IMG/VR virus record: IMGVR_UViG_3300010397_000041
Location: 1-64,000 of that record
From: a virus
DNA: 64,000 bases
Strand: one strand, 5' to 3'
The translations under genes were made by a program, and so were the position numbers. How positions within the stretch are numbered: the stretch's first letter is position 1; each line of letters begins with the position of its first letter. Positions 29,108 through 38,938 of the stretch are shown here, piece after piece. The notes beneath the pieces were generated by a model. That model was not told the DNA's origin, did not search any database, and worked only from the letters and a program-made list of their open reading frames with translations.

Positions 29108-31483
29108 TTAGGTCGGTAGGACTGGCGACAACTGGCAGGTCACTTTCCACGACTGCGACCCCGGCTCCACCATGATCGAATGGGACAGCGCGTCGACGTA
29201 GCCGTTGAACGTCCAGCTGGGTGCGCCGAGCGGGCGGACCACCACCCGATTCAGGTCGGAGATGTCCATCAGGAGTGCGGGGGTAAAAAGCTGCGTCGGG
29301 TTAGCCGACGGTTCAAACTGGAAAGCGGCCAGCCTGCTCCGCGGATCTTTATACTGGCGCAGCAACAGGTTCGCCCGGTTCTGTGCTTCCGAGGTGAGGG
29401 CGACTTTGATGGTCGCCGTATAGGTGCGAGACAAATACTGCTGCGCAGACGTGGCGTTAGTCACCCGGAACTGGGGGCCGCCGTCTTGGGTGATGCTGAC
29501 CGTGTTGTAGATGTACGTCGGATCGTCATCAATCTGCAACGAGTCCAACTGGTACGGCAGGCCCGCGGTCGGGTCGAAAATGTTTTGCGGCGTGCTTTGG
29601 CCTGGCCGCCACTGGTTGTCCTCGAAACAGGGCGACCCGTCGGCCAGCGAGTAGACCTGGCCGTGTTCGGCGTCGCCCTGGTCCTGGGCGGCGTCCAAGG
29701 CCGACTGACCTGCCAGCCCCTTGAGCCCGTAGCTGTTGGACGCGGAGGCCACCGAGCCGGCGAACACCAGTCCGCCCATGATGCTGCGATAGTTGAACGG
29801 CCATCCCCAGTAGTTCAACACCCGGGCGAACCGCTCACCGGTGGTCTCACTCGCATAGCCGCCGTTCACACCCACCTGGGCGTGGGCCTGAATCCGGGCC
29901 AGTGGGAGCACCTGGTTGTAGAACGCGACATGGCTGACAAAGCCCTGGTAGACGTTGTTGGCGGAGCTGCCGAGCCAGTCGCCACCGACAACAGTGTGTG
30001 CGACCGTGGAGCCAAGCGACGGTGTTCCGGTGTACAGCTGGGTAAGCGACACGCCGTAGGTGCTGTAGTAGAAGGTCACCGTCCCGCCCGCAGAGACGGT
30101 GACGCACAGATAGACGCCGAGACCCAGGCCCGGGAAATACGCCCCCGGACTGGTGTAAACGGTAGTCCCACCGACAACCAGCCGAATGGTGTTCGTTGAC
30201 CCGGCCCCGATGACGATTTCAATGCCAGTCGGCGATCCGCCCGAGGTGAGGTGGCAGAACAGTGGCCCGTTGGTCGTTGCTGTCGACCCGTCCTGCGCGG
30301 CGAACAGTTCGACTGTGTAATCCTGGCCGTGGACAAGGTTCGCCCCGGTCGCCGACGAGAAGTCGAGCACATCGCCGTGGGACGACGACACCCCGGACGG
30401 GTTCATGTTCACCGACGACGCGCCATCGTAGATGATCGACGGTCCGCCGAACTGGGAGAAACCCGGGAACGGGGATGACGAGACGAATGTGGACGTGGCA
30501 CCGGCGGCGACAATGTCGCCGCCCTGCGGTGTCGACGCCGCCTCGTCCAGTGGGTAGAAGCTCACCGGGTTGTCGAGGAGAACTTCCTCCTCATAGGTCG
30601 TCCGCAGTTCCCCCTGGGACAGGGCGGCCAGCGAGTCGACACAGGTGATCTGCGGCAGTGACAGTGCCGGGTCCTGCCAGGTCTGCGGCCATCTCTCGAC
30701 GAACCCAGCCCACAGCGGGTAGGTGTTGCCCTGCCAAATCGCCTTGATCCGAATCGGGACGATCGGGGCAAGATTCGGATAGTAGGGTCCCGAGGTGTTG
30801 TTCGGATCAAACCTGCCACCCGTGTTGTCCACGGTGAGCGTCGCCGTGCCGGCCTCGAAACGCCCCAGCTCGTACTGCCTCGACGACCGGGTCAGATCCA
30901 AACTTCGGACGTATCGGCTGATGTCTGTCCAGCCGAACCCGGACGCTGGCGACACCGTCGTCACCACGGCGGCAAGCGAATGCAGCTCACCGCCCGAGCA
31001 GCCCAGCCACGTGACGAGGAGTTGCAGCCGCGACGCGCCGAAGCCCGCCGTCGAGGTGATCGTGACCGTGGTCCAGCTCGACGTCCCGTCGAGAAACCCC
31101 ACCGACGTCGAGTTGATGAGGGTCACGCCTGCGGCGTCGTACCACTGGGCGACCGCAGACCCGAATCGGCCCACGGAACCGGCCCGTACCCGCAAGGTGA
31201 TCGTGTACTGCCCGGTGGGGACGACTGTCCCCGGATCGGTATCGACACCAACGGTCATGTTGCCGTTGCTGGCCGCGCCGACGAGGAGACTGTTCCGGTA
31301 GGGCAGTGGTGCGAAGTTCGGGTTCAGCAACAGGTTGGCGTTGCCGCCGTTCTGCCAGTTGCCGATCGACCGGGCGAAGGTGGCGCTGTCGCCGCAGATC
31401 GGCGGGTAGGTCAACGGGCTCGCCGGGTCCAGGCTGAACGCGCACTCGACGGTGATCTGTGGCCAGGTCGCTGACATGGCCAC
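29108..31483 (-). CDS. Minor tail/baseplate protein with CBM-like insert and LamG domain
   Basis: Follows TMP; WTDISRYV...GTATLTVDNTGGRFDP; PVSFYPLDE; SHVAFYNQVL. Confidence 0.8.
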   Translation of the reverse strand: MAMSATWPQITVECAFSLDPASPLTYPPICGDSATFARSIGNWQNGGNANLLLNPNFAPLPYRNSLLVGAASNGNMTVGVDTDPGTVVPTGQYTITLRVRAGSVGRFGSAVAQWYDAAGVTLINSTSVGFLDGTSSWTTVTITSTAGFGASRLQLLVTWLGCSGGELHSLAAVVTTVSPASGFGWTDISRYVRSLDLTRSSRQYELGRFEAGTATLTVDNTGGRFDPNNTSGPYYPNLAPIVPIRIKAIWQGNTYPLWAGFVERWPQTWQDPALSLPQITCVDSLAALSQGELRTTYEEEVLLDNPVSFYPLDEAASTPQGGDIVAAGATSTFVSSSPFPGFSQFGGPSIIYDGASSVNMNPSGVSSSHGDVLDFSSATGANLVHGQDYTVELFAAQDGSTATTNGPLFCHLTSGGSPTGIEIVIGAGSTNTIRLVVGGTTVYTSPGAYFPGLGLGVYLCVTVSAGGTVTFYYSTYGVSLTQLYTGTPSLGSTVAHTVVGGDWLGSSANNVYQGFVSHVAFYNQVLPLARIQAHAQVGVNGGYASETTGERFARVLNYWGWPFNYRSIMGGLVFAGSVASASNSYGLKGLAGQSALDAAQDQGDAEHGQVYSLADGSPCFEDNQWRPGQSTPQNIFDPTAGLPYQLDSLQIDDDPTYIYNTVSITQDGGPQFRVTNATSAQQYLSRTYTATIKVALTSEAQNRANLLLRQYKDPRSRLAAFQFEPSANPTQLFTPALLMDISDLNRVVVRPLGAPSWTFNGYVDALSHSIMVEPGSQSWKVTCQLSPVLPT

Positions 31484-31492
31484 CCCTGCCGG

Positions 31493-33892
31493 TCAGGCGA
31501 TCTGCAACCCGTTGTTGATGTTGCGGCGTTGGTTGCGCAAAGCCTGTTTCTGCACGATCCGGAACAGGGTCACACCGTCGACCTGGACGACAATGTCCGG
31601 CGGCTGCTGAGACCCGCGACTCCCCCCGCCGCTGGTCGCCGAGCCCCAGGATGAGGCGGAGCCGACCCAGCCGCCCGATGCCTTCCCGCCGGCGAGGATC
31701 GATCGGGTCTGGCTGGCGGTGTGGATGTAGGCCGAGCCGCCGAACACCGCCAGCTCCGGGCCGCGCTCGCCGACCAAGACGGCGCGGCCGACCGGTGGGG
31801 AACCTCCCTCGGCGAACGGCAGGATCTTGTTCGCTTTGCCGATGATCCCGCCGACTTTGCCTGCCGCGGTGGAGATCAGACCGATCCCTTTACCGATCAC
31901 ATCGAAAATCGGTTTCAGGAACTTCCACGCCACATCGACCGTGTCCTTGATCCCGCGCCACAGGAGATCCCAGCCGGCTTTGAACAGTCGCAGCTGGGCG
32001 CCGATGAACAGGTCGAGTCCGGTGCCGATCAGATGGAACGTCGGCCCGAGCAGGTTTTTCCACGCCCAGGAGACGACCGAGCTTAGAATGTTCCAGCCGA
32101 TCCGCCAGGCGCCCACAAACAGCCGCAGCGCGAAACCGAGGATCACATCGAACGCGGCGGCGATCAGATGAAACGTCGGGCTGATGACGGTCCGCCACGC
32201 CCACAGCACCGTCGGAATGATCATCGCACGGAATAGCCAGATCCACATGGCGGCTTGCAGACGCAGCGGGATCAGTAGAATGTTAAGCCCGGTAGCGATG
32301 CCGCGAAAGACGGGTTGGAGAAAACGCCAGGTGGCCTGCGCCGCGTCGACGATCTGCTTGTGGAAAAATCGCCAGGCCAGCAGGAAAGGTGCTAGCGGCA
32401 AGATCAGGATCGCGGCGACGATCTCCCAGTTTTTCTTCAGCCAGCCAATCGTGTCCCGCCAGCCGACCTTCATCCAGCCCCAGAAATCCGACAGCCAGCG
32501 TTTCACCGTCGACCAGTGCTTCACAATTTCGTAGATCGCCACACCCAGGGCCACAACGGCGGCGATCACCAGGAACACCGGGTTCACAGCGAACGCCGCC
32601 TCGGACTCCTCTCCGGCCAAGATGAAGTCTTTGGCCGCCAGCAGCACGGCCTTCCCCATCTGGGCGGCACTCTTGGCGACATTCGCCATCCAGACGACGA
32701 TCGACAGGGCCATCAGCGCGCCGATCGCGGCGACCAGACCCTCGGTGATGTTCTTGTGACGGGCGAACCAGTCCCCGAGGGCCGTCAACGGCGGGATCAG
32801 TTTGTTTCCGATTTGAATGCCCAGCGACTCGGCCGAAGCCTTCAAACGGTCGACTTTGTTCTTGAAAGTGTCCTGAGTGGCCGCCCACGACGCGGCGAAC
32901 TGATTACCGCCCCTGTCGACTTCCTCATACTTGTTCTGCAACTTGTCGTACTGGTCCATGAGCACATTGACGCCAGTGCCCGCCTTCTTGCCGAACATTG
33001 TCGTCAATACGGCGCCAGCCTGGGTGCCGGTGATCCCAGCCTTCTGCAGTCGGTCGTGCAGGTCGGTCAGCGCCTTGTTCAGGCCACCGGTCTGCATGTC
33101 TTTCGCCAGGGTCTTGCTGGTCAAGCCAAGCGCGGCGAGCTGCTCGCGCGCCGCCTTACCGGCCGCAGGTGTTGCCAGCGCCTGCACGGACATCCGCAAC
33201 GCGGTACCAGCGGCAGCACCGCGAATGTTGTTGTCACCGAAAAGCGCCAACGCGGCCGAGGCGTCGCGCATCGACAGGCCGTAGCCCTTGATGACCGCGA
33301 TCATGCCGCCGCCCATCGCGTCGGCAAGGTCTTGCATGTGCATGTCACCGGCGCCGACGGTGGCGTTGAGCATTCCCATCGCCTTGTCAAGGTTCTCGTC
33401 GCCAGGTATCTGGGCGGTCATCGCGGCGCCGAGCGCGTTGGTGACGTCGACCAGGTTCGCGCCGCCGATCTTGGCACCTTCGGCGGACGTTTTGAGCAGC
33501 GCCATTGCCTTGGCGCCGGTCAGCCCTGTGCCGGCGAACTGCGATTCGATGTGGTAAAGCGCCTCGGCCAGCGAGTCGGGGCCTTCACCGACCTGCCCGG
33601 CGAGTTTGAGGACGCCGTTGGACAGGCCCTTGATCTGGTCCTGTGCCACACCGGCCTGGGTGTGAATCATCTCCATGGAGGCGTCGAAGTTCATCGCCAG
33701 ATGAACCGACTCGGCGCCTACACCGGCGAGGGCCAGGGCGCCGACTTTGCCGAAGGTGGAGAAAGCCTTGTTCATCGCGCCGAGCCGGCCCTCGGACTCG
33801 GAAATGCCCTTGGAAAGCTCGGCCGTATCGCCCACAAACTTGATCAGTACCGGCGGGAGGAGGCCTCCGAACTCACCCATGGGCCCCGCCAC
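31493..33892 (-). CDS. Tape measure protein (TP901-like core)
   Basis: FDASM...AEALYHIES...AAGTALR; aromatic-periodic repeats; FAEGG...VGERGPEL. Confidence 0.92.
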   Translation of the reverse strand: MAGPMGEFGGLLPPVLIKFVGDTAELSKGISESEGRLGAMNKAFSTFGKVGALALAGVGAESVHLAMNFDASMEMIHTQAGVAQDQIKGLSNGVLKLAGQVGEGPDSLAEALYHIESQFAGTGLTGAKAMALLKTSAEGAKIGGANLVDVTNALGAAMTAQIPGDENLDKAMGMLNATVGAGDMHMQDLADAMGGGMIAVIKGYGLSMRDASAALALFGDNNIRGAAAGTALRMSVQALATPAAGKAAREQLAALGLTSKTLAKDMQTGGLNKALTDLHDRLQKAGITGTQAGAVLTTMFGKKAGTGVNVLMDQYDKLQNKYEEVDRGGNQFAASWAATQDTFKNKVDRLKASAESLGIQIGNKLIPPLTALGDWFARHKNITEGLVAAIGALMALSIVVWMANVAKSAAQMGKAVLLAAKDFILAGEESEAAFAVNPVFLVIAAVVALGVAIYEIVKHWSTVKRWLSDFWGWMKVGWRDTIGWLKKNWEIVAAILILPLAPFLLAWRFFHKQIVDAAQATWRFLQPVFRGIATGLNILLIPLRLQAAMWIWLFRAMIIPTVLWAWRTVISPTFHLIAAAFDVILGFALRLFVGAWRIGWNILSSVVSWAWKNLLGPTFHLIGTGLDLFIGAQLRLFKAGWDLLWRGIKDTVDVAWKFLKPIFDVIGKGIGLISTAAGKVGGIIGKANKILPFAEGGSPPVGRAVLVGERGPELAVFGGSAYIHTASQTRSILAGGKASGGWVGSASSWGSATSGGGSRGSQQPPDIVVQVDGVTLFRIVQKQALRNQRRNINNGLQIA

Positions 33893-33905
33893 TCTGCGTC
33901 GGAAA

Positions 33906-34328
33906 CTACCGGTAGAAGGTTTTCGCGAAGGCGGCGAGTGCTGCTGTCTGCGCGGGACCGGCCATCACGATCGCCCGTGCGGGTTCCACGTAGGGACGTG
34001 GTGGCAGTCGCCGGTAGCCGAGTTCCTGCGCCCGCGCGTAGACCATTGTCGGGCCGACCTCGACATAGGCCGGCCGTGAGTCCTTGTGCGGCTTGACGAT
34101 GATCGATCGGCGCAGAGATCCGGACACGATCGCGGGCGGTTCCCCGGGTGGGCTCGGAGTCGGGGTGCCTTTCGGATGGCTGTACCGCGACAACTGCCTT
34201 TTGATCTCGGTTTCGCCGACATGGGCTGCTGCGGTCGCCGCGGCCAGCCCGGCGGCTTCAGCCTGGGCACCGAGCCGTTCCAACGCCCGCAGTGTCGCCT
34301 CCATCGAGATGACGAGTCCGCCGGCCAT
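33906..34328 (-). CDS. HK97 gp10-like tail completion protein
   Basis: PAIVSGSLRRSI; YARAQELG; PPRPYVEPA. Confidence 0.8.
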   Translation of the reverse strand: MAGGLVISMEATLRALERLGAQAEAAGLAAATAAAHVGETEIKRQLSRYSHPKGTPTPSPPGEPPAIVSGSLRRSIIVKPHKDSRPAYVEVGPTMVYARAQELGYRRLPPRPYVEPARAIVMAGPAQTAALAAFAKTFYR

Positions 34329-34590
34329 CAGCCATCCCCCTGGCGGGCCTGCTCCATGTCGCGGCGCTGCCGCCGTTCCCGGCCCTTGTCGAGCGCAAGG
34401 GCGGCGTGCCGCATCTGATCCGCGAGGGGCAGCGGCAGCGCATCCACCTCGTTCGGCGTCCAGCGCCAGCGGTCGGCGAACCACACGTAGTCGGCGGCCT
34501 CGACCAGCCAGCCCGGCAACGGATGCTGACCGGGCCCCAGGTCGTAGCCCTCAGCGACCTGGCTTAGGCGGCTGAGGGCACGGAAGGGGA
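34328..34590 (-). CDS. Tail assembly chaperone frameshift extension (gpT-like)
   Basis: -1 frame open from TCCCCTTCC (34590-34582) to FADRWRWTPNEVDALP... Confidence 0.65.
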
Positions 34591-35019
34591 CTGCGGATCG
34601 GAGCTTGGCTCCGTGTCGAGCTCCGCCGTCACGATCTCCATGACGGGGGCGAGGCGGCGCTCGATCGGGTTCGAGACGAGCATGTTCAGCTCGTCGAGCT
34701 CGTCGTCGGACAGGTCGCGGGGAATCGGCAGCGGCGTGCCGTCAGCGCGGGTCAGCGACCAGGCGACGACCCAGAGGCGGAAGACCGCATCCAGGCTGGC
34801 GATGCCAGCACCAGTTGTCACCTCGTCGTCAACCTTTGACAGGTCGCCGTCGGCCTCGGCCACAGCCCGGGCGGCGCCACGAGACGCTGACATGATCTTC
34901 TTGCGGTCGCCGCGGGTGACGCGGTAGGGGTCGCGGATGTCGGCCCACTGATCTGGGCCGAACTCCCTGGTGGTGGGCAGGGGGACACGGACCAGTGCCG
35001 CATGCTGGGTGTTGGACAA
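34564..35019 (-). CDS. Tail assembly chaperone (gpG-like)
   Basis: After tube gene; GGAGG RBS + TTG; VVAWSLTRADGTPLPI. Confidence 0.75.
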   Translation of the reverse strand: MSNTQHAALVRVPLPTTREFGPDQWADIRDPYRVTRGDRKKIMSASRGAARAVAEADGDLSKVDDEVTTGAGIASLDAVFRLWVVAWSLTRADGTPLPIPRDLSDDELDELNMLVSNPIERRLAPVMEIVTAELDTEPSSDPQSPSVPSAA

Positions 35020-35141
35020 AGAGGCCTCCGACGGTAAGGCGGTCGAGACCCGCCCCCGGGGGGACCACACAGCCGGGGCGGGAAACAGAAGAGGCCCGCA
35101 CACCGGCGGGCCTTGGGAAGGGGCTGCGGCGCAGGCGCCGG

Positions 35142-36359
35142 CTACTGGTAGGTGCCGGTCGGTGTAGCCGACTGCAAAGTGACCTTGATCGGGGAGTAGC
35201 CGCCGCTGGCCCCGGCGTCGGACGTGTTGGCGTCCGCTTCCAGGTCGGTTTCGACGGTGAGGTAGGTGCCGCCGCGTCCGAGCTTCGTGTTCTTGTAGAC
35301 GCACTTGGACATGTGCAGCTTCACCTGCACCAGCGCACTTCCAGTCCCCTCGGTGAAGTTGATGTCGACCGACGGGATCGTGACGTTCAAATAGCGGCGG
35401 ACCTCGGTCTCGTCCGCGGCGATGAACGTCAACTTGCCGGTGACCTCGACCGGGCCGAGCCACACGTTGTAGGGGCCCTGCGCGCCGTCGGTCGTGTGCT
35501 GGACCTTGACGTCGCGTTTGATGCTGATCTCACCCGACTCGGTGTACTGCACCGCCGAGCCGCCGAGCGTGACCACACCGGTCCACACCGGGATCGGTGT
35601 GGTGGTGGATGTCCAGGACGCGGTCGGCTTGGTGACGATGCCGCTGGGCCAGCCCGTCAGCTTGACGGTGTAGGTGAGAAGACCCTCACTGTTAAACGTG
35701 ATCGTCAGTTCGCTGACCACATGCCCCGGGTAGGCGCGGGCAGTGTTCGATCCGGCGAGGCCGGACTGGTAGTCGGTGACGGTGAGCGTCTCGGGCTGGC
35801 CGCCGCCGTAGTTCCCCGCAGAGTTCTTGATCGCGAACGTGTGGGTGTACGGAGCCGACCCACCCGAGCTCGTGTAGTCCCCGAGCAGCGCGCCCAGCCA
35901 GAAGCCGAACGACTCGGGGAACACGTCACCGGAGGCGCCGTACTCGCCGTGGATGACACCCGGCACCGTGCCGTAGTTGACGACCTCCGACCCCCGATAG
36001 CCGGTGTCCTTCAGCAGCGTCAGGTTGTCGAACGGCTCCGGCGGCTTCACCGGGATGAACATCGACGGGGCGTCGGCCGCCGCGGTCACCACGACCAGCA
36101 CCCCCGCCGTGTGGGCGTTGGCCAGCGCCGAGCAGGTGATCGTCGTGCCGGCGATCGCAGAGTAGGCCACCGTCTCGGTGAGCGTTCCCGCGGACGACGG
36201 GTCGTAGATCGTGATGAAGCCGGATGCCGGCCAACTCGTCGTGTCCGACACGACGATCGACGTCGCCGCCGCCGACACGGAGGTAGTCAGCAGCGACTTG
36301 TACTTGTCGAGCGCGACGCCGATATAGCTGAGATTGGATGCCTGGCCTGGCGCGCCCAT
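35142..36359 (-). CDS. Major tail tube protein with inserted beta-domain
   Basis: FGFWLGALLG; YTHTF; TLTVTDY; GKLTF; position. Confidence 0.85.
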   Translation of the reverse strand: MGAPGQASNLSYIGVALDKYKSLLTTSVSAAATSIVVSDTTSWPASGFITIYDPSSAGTLTETVAYSAIAGTTITCSALANAHTAGVLVVVTAAADAPSMFIPVKPPEPFDNLTLLKDTGYRGSEVVNYGTVPGVIHGEYGASGDVFPESFGFWLGALLGDYTSSGGSAPYTHTFAIKNSAGNYGGGQPETLTVTDYQSGLAGSNTARAYPGHVVSELTITFNSEGLLTYTVKLTGWPSGIVTKPTASWTSTTTPIPVWTGVVTLGGSAVQYTESGEISIKRDVKVQHTTDGAQGPYNVWLGPVEVTGKLTFIAADETEVRRYLNVTIPSVDINFTEGTGSALVQVKLHMSKCVYKNTKLGRGGTYLTVETDLEADANTSDAGASGGYSPIKVTLQSATPTGTYQ

Positions 36360-36553
36360 CAGCCCTCACCACCCTCGGAAACAGGCGCCGGAACCTCGAG
36401 GGGCTCGGCGGGGTCAGACCCGTCGGCGGGCTGCCAGCGATGCGGATCGGGCGCGGCCGCCAAGTCGACGACGTCACCGGGTCGTGCGGTCAGCGAGAGG
36501 TCCGGGTAGTAGCGCTCCAACCCGTCGGGCGGGTGGTAACGGAAGGCGGGCAC
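36359..36553 (-). CDS. Small phage protein
   Basis: RYYPDLSLTARPGDVVD; TGATG coupling to tube gene. Confidence 0.6.
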   Translation of the reverse strand: MPAFRYHPPDGLERYYPDLSLTARPGDVVDLAAAPDPHRWQPADGSDPAEPLEVPAPVSEGGEG

Positions 36554-36610
36554 GGCGACGCGGCCCCTCCCTTCGGGCTCGTAATGGTGGGAGGGGCTGG
36601 CTGACGGTGG

Positions 36611-36790
36611 CTACCCGCCGGCGAGGAAGCTGTCGAAGGCGCGAGCCCAGCCGATGACTACATCGGAGGTCGCCGAGCGGGCCGCCTGGTGTTCGCCAAG
36701 CCAGTCCAACGCCCGGTCGAGCGCGGCCAGCCTGCGCAGTTGCTCGGGCGGCAGGTCTGGGTAGACGTCGCCGGGCTCGTCGTCATCCAC
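36611..36790 (-). CDS. 59-aa acidic helical protein (below ORF-track cutoff)
   Basis: MDDDEPGDVYPDLPPEQLRRLAALDRAL...WARAFDSFLAGG; high GC3. Confidence 0.55.
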   Translation of the reverse strand: MDDDEPGDVYPDLPPEQLRRLAALDRALDWLGEHQAARSATSDVVIGWARAFDSFLAGG

Positions 36791-36796
36791 CGGGCA

Positions 36797-37210
36797 TCAC
36801 GTCTTCTTTTTGCGTCGGGTGCTCTTGCGACGATGAGCGGGCTTCTTGTGGTGAACGCCTTTTCGCCGCGGTTTGTGAGATCCCCTGTGATGGTGTTTCA
36901 GCCCGCGTCGCCTGTGTTCGTGAATCCCCTTGCGGCGGTGGATCGGATGTTTCAGGTGCCGGTGGCCACCCTTACGGCGATGGACGACCGTCCGGCGGTG
37001 CTGGTGGCGTAGGCCACGGCGACGGGTACCGCGTCGTCTCGATGCCCGTGTCCCTCCGCGGTTCCGCTTCGAGTTTTTGATCTCTTTGCGGACATGGAAG
37101 GAGCGGCGGAACGACTTGCCCGGGTTTCGGTTGCGGGACCGGAAGCCGCGGATATGCAGGCCCTTGCGGGCATGATGTCGGACGACGCGGACCCGGTAGT
37201 CGCGGGCCAT
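36797..37210 (-). CDS. Extremely basic Arg/His/Lys-rich (protamine-like) protein
   Basis: 76/137 residues R+K+H, 3 acidic; TGATG coupling to tail terminator. Confidence 0.65.
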   Translation of the reverse strand: MARDYRVRVVRHHARKGLHIRGFRSRNRNPGKSFRRSFHVRKEIKNSKRNRGGTRASRRRGTRRRGLRHQHRRTVVHRRKGGHRHLKHPIHRRKGIHEHRRRGLKHHHRGSHKPRRKGVHHKKPAHRRKSTRRKKKT

Positions 37211-37752
37211 CAGGAGATCACAAGCTCGGTGGCGGTTGTGACCATGTCGACGCGCACGTAGAACCGGTTGTCCTTCACATCCGGCTCACCTGGGCTGATG
37301 TCGATCTCCTCGCCCGCTGTCGAGATCGTGTCGAACTTCCGGCCGCCGGTGCCCCATGTCCGGTCCAGCCGGGTGCGGGTGACCAGAGAGTCGAGGAACG
37401 TGTCGAAGTCGGCCATCGCGGCCTCGGTGCGTTGCTGCCGCGAATGAAACTCGATCTCCAGGTAGATCGTGTAGTCGATCTGCTTCTCGCCGCCCGGCGC
37501 GATGCCGTCGACACCGCCGCCACCGAGCGCCCGGCGTCGCTCCTTGGAGTGGACGAGATGCACGGTGCAGACCGCGCCGCTGACCACACCGGAGCCGGGC
37601 CAGAAGTCGTCGTCGTTGATCGAACGCGGGGGCGCGGTCCACAGGGTGCCCATGAACTGGACGGCGGAGTCGCGGTACATCGTCGGCCGGGTCGGCTGGG
37701 CCCGGCCGCCGAACCAGGTGGCGGTCGCCGCGCGGACGGTGGTGCGGGACAT
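37210..37752 (-). CDS. Tail terminator / tail completion protein
   Basis: Position; AMADFDTFLDSLVTRTRLDRTWG; GGAGG RBS. Confidence 0.7.
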   Translation of the reverse strand: MSRTTVRAATATWFGGRAQPTRPTMYRDSAVQFMGTLWTAPPRSINDDDFWPGSGVVSGAVCTVHLVHSKERRRALGGGGVDGIAPGGEKQIDYTIYLEIEFHSRQQRTEAAMADFDTFLDSLVTRTRLDRTWGTGGRKFDTISTAGEEIDISPGEPDVKDNRFYVRVDMVTTATELVIS

Positions 37753-37765
37753 GACGCCTCCCGGC

Positions 37766-38920
37766 TCAGATCGCCACGCGGGCGTACCGCTCGAGGATTT
37801 CCGCGGCCGCGGCTTCCATGGCCTCCATGTCCGGGCCGAGGTCCTTGTCGAGCGCGGCCGTGCCGGTGTCCGAGGACTTGCGGACGTAGACGGTCGCTAT
37901 CTGCCCGACGGCGATCTTGATGTCGAAGGGGAGCGTGCCTATCCCCGTGCCGGCGCTGTGCGCGTTGACGGTGCCCACGGCGAGCGGCACCGTCCCCGGC
38001 CCGACCGCCGGTGTCCAGGTGGAGGCGACGGTGACCTGCTCCTCGACACCTGGGTCGGTGATGCGCAGCTGCTCACCGGGCTGGATCCCGGTCGTGTCAG
38101 CGAGGATCAGACTCGTCACGCCCGCGGTCGCCGCCGACGTGAGCGCGGAGATCGGGTAGCCGGCGATGTAGTCGAATTCGACGGCGACCGTGCCGCCGGA
38201 CGGCGGGCCGAACTGGAATCCGCCCATCCAGCTGCCCGACGGCGACAACGGGATGATCATCGCCCCGTCTTCGACCCACAGCGCGCCCGGTGTGACCGTG
38301 GTCGCCGGCCCGCCGACGGCCGCCGAGTAGGCGACCCGCGTGCAGGAGATCGGCGGCACATGACCGGAGGTCTGCCGGGGATGTAGCCGTAGGCAGCCGT
38401 CGCGGCCGATCCGCGCTGTCTCATGCTCGGCGAGCACCTGGTGGGCGCCGAGCTGAATGTTGCAGTAGTTGTCCGCCCACCTGCTCGCGCGCAACAAAAT
38501 GTTCGCGAGCTCGCTGTCGTTCGCGGCCGCGGACGCGTTGGCGATCAGATCGTCGAAGTTCACACCGGTCGGCATCGCGCGGAACTCGGCGTTGGTCAGG
38601 TAGCTACCCGGCCAGCCGAAGATCTGCCCGGCGTCGCTGCCGACCGACGACGGGAGAACATCGAACTGGCCCTCGTAGGCCGTGTTCGGCAGCGTCGAGA
38701 CCGCGTGATAGCCGTAGTGCCCGGACGCCGGCGGCAGCCAGTCGACGTGGCAGGTGCCGGTAGCGTCGTGACTGACTGCCGGTGTCTGCGTCGTCCCGTC
38801 GGGGAGTTTGACAGTGACGACCATCGTCGCCGGGTCGATCGGCTGCCCGGTCGTCGGATCGGTGACGACGAACGGGCCGAGGCGGACCTCCTGGCCAAAC
38901 GGGTAGGGCGTCGTCGACAT
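37766..38920 (-). CDS. Head-tail adaptor with N-terminal Ig-like domain
   Basis: YLTNAEF...LLRASRWADNYC; VEFDYIAGY; LPFDIKIAV; ILERYAR. Confidence 0.75.
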   Translation of the reverse strand: MSTTPYPFGQEVRLGPFVVTDPTTGQPIDPATMVVTVKLPDGTTQTPAVSHDATGTCHVDWLPPASGHYGYHAVSTLPNTAYEGQFDVLPSSVGSDAGQIFGWPGSYLTNAEFRAMPTGVNFDDLIANASAAANDSELANILLRASRWADNYCNIQLGAHQVLAEHETARIGRDGCLRLHPRQTSGHVPPISCTRVAYSAAVGGPATTVTPGALWVEDGAMIIPLSPSGSWMGGFQFGPPSGGTVAVEFDYIAGYPISALTSAATAGVTSLILADTTGIQPGEQLRITDPGVEEQVTVASTWTPAVGPGTVPLAVGTVNAHSAGTGIGTLPFDIKIAVGQIATVYVRKSSDTGTAALDKDLGPDMEAMEAAAAEILERYARVAI

Positions 38921-38938
38921 CGGCGCCCCACCCGTCTG

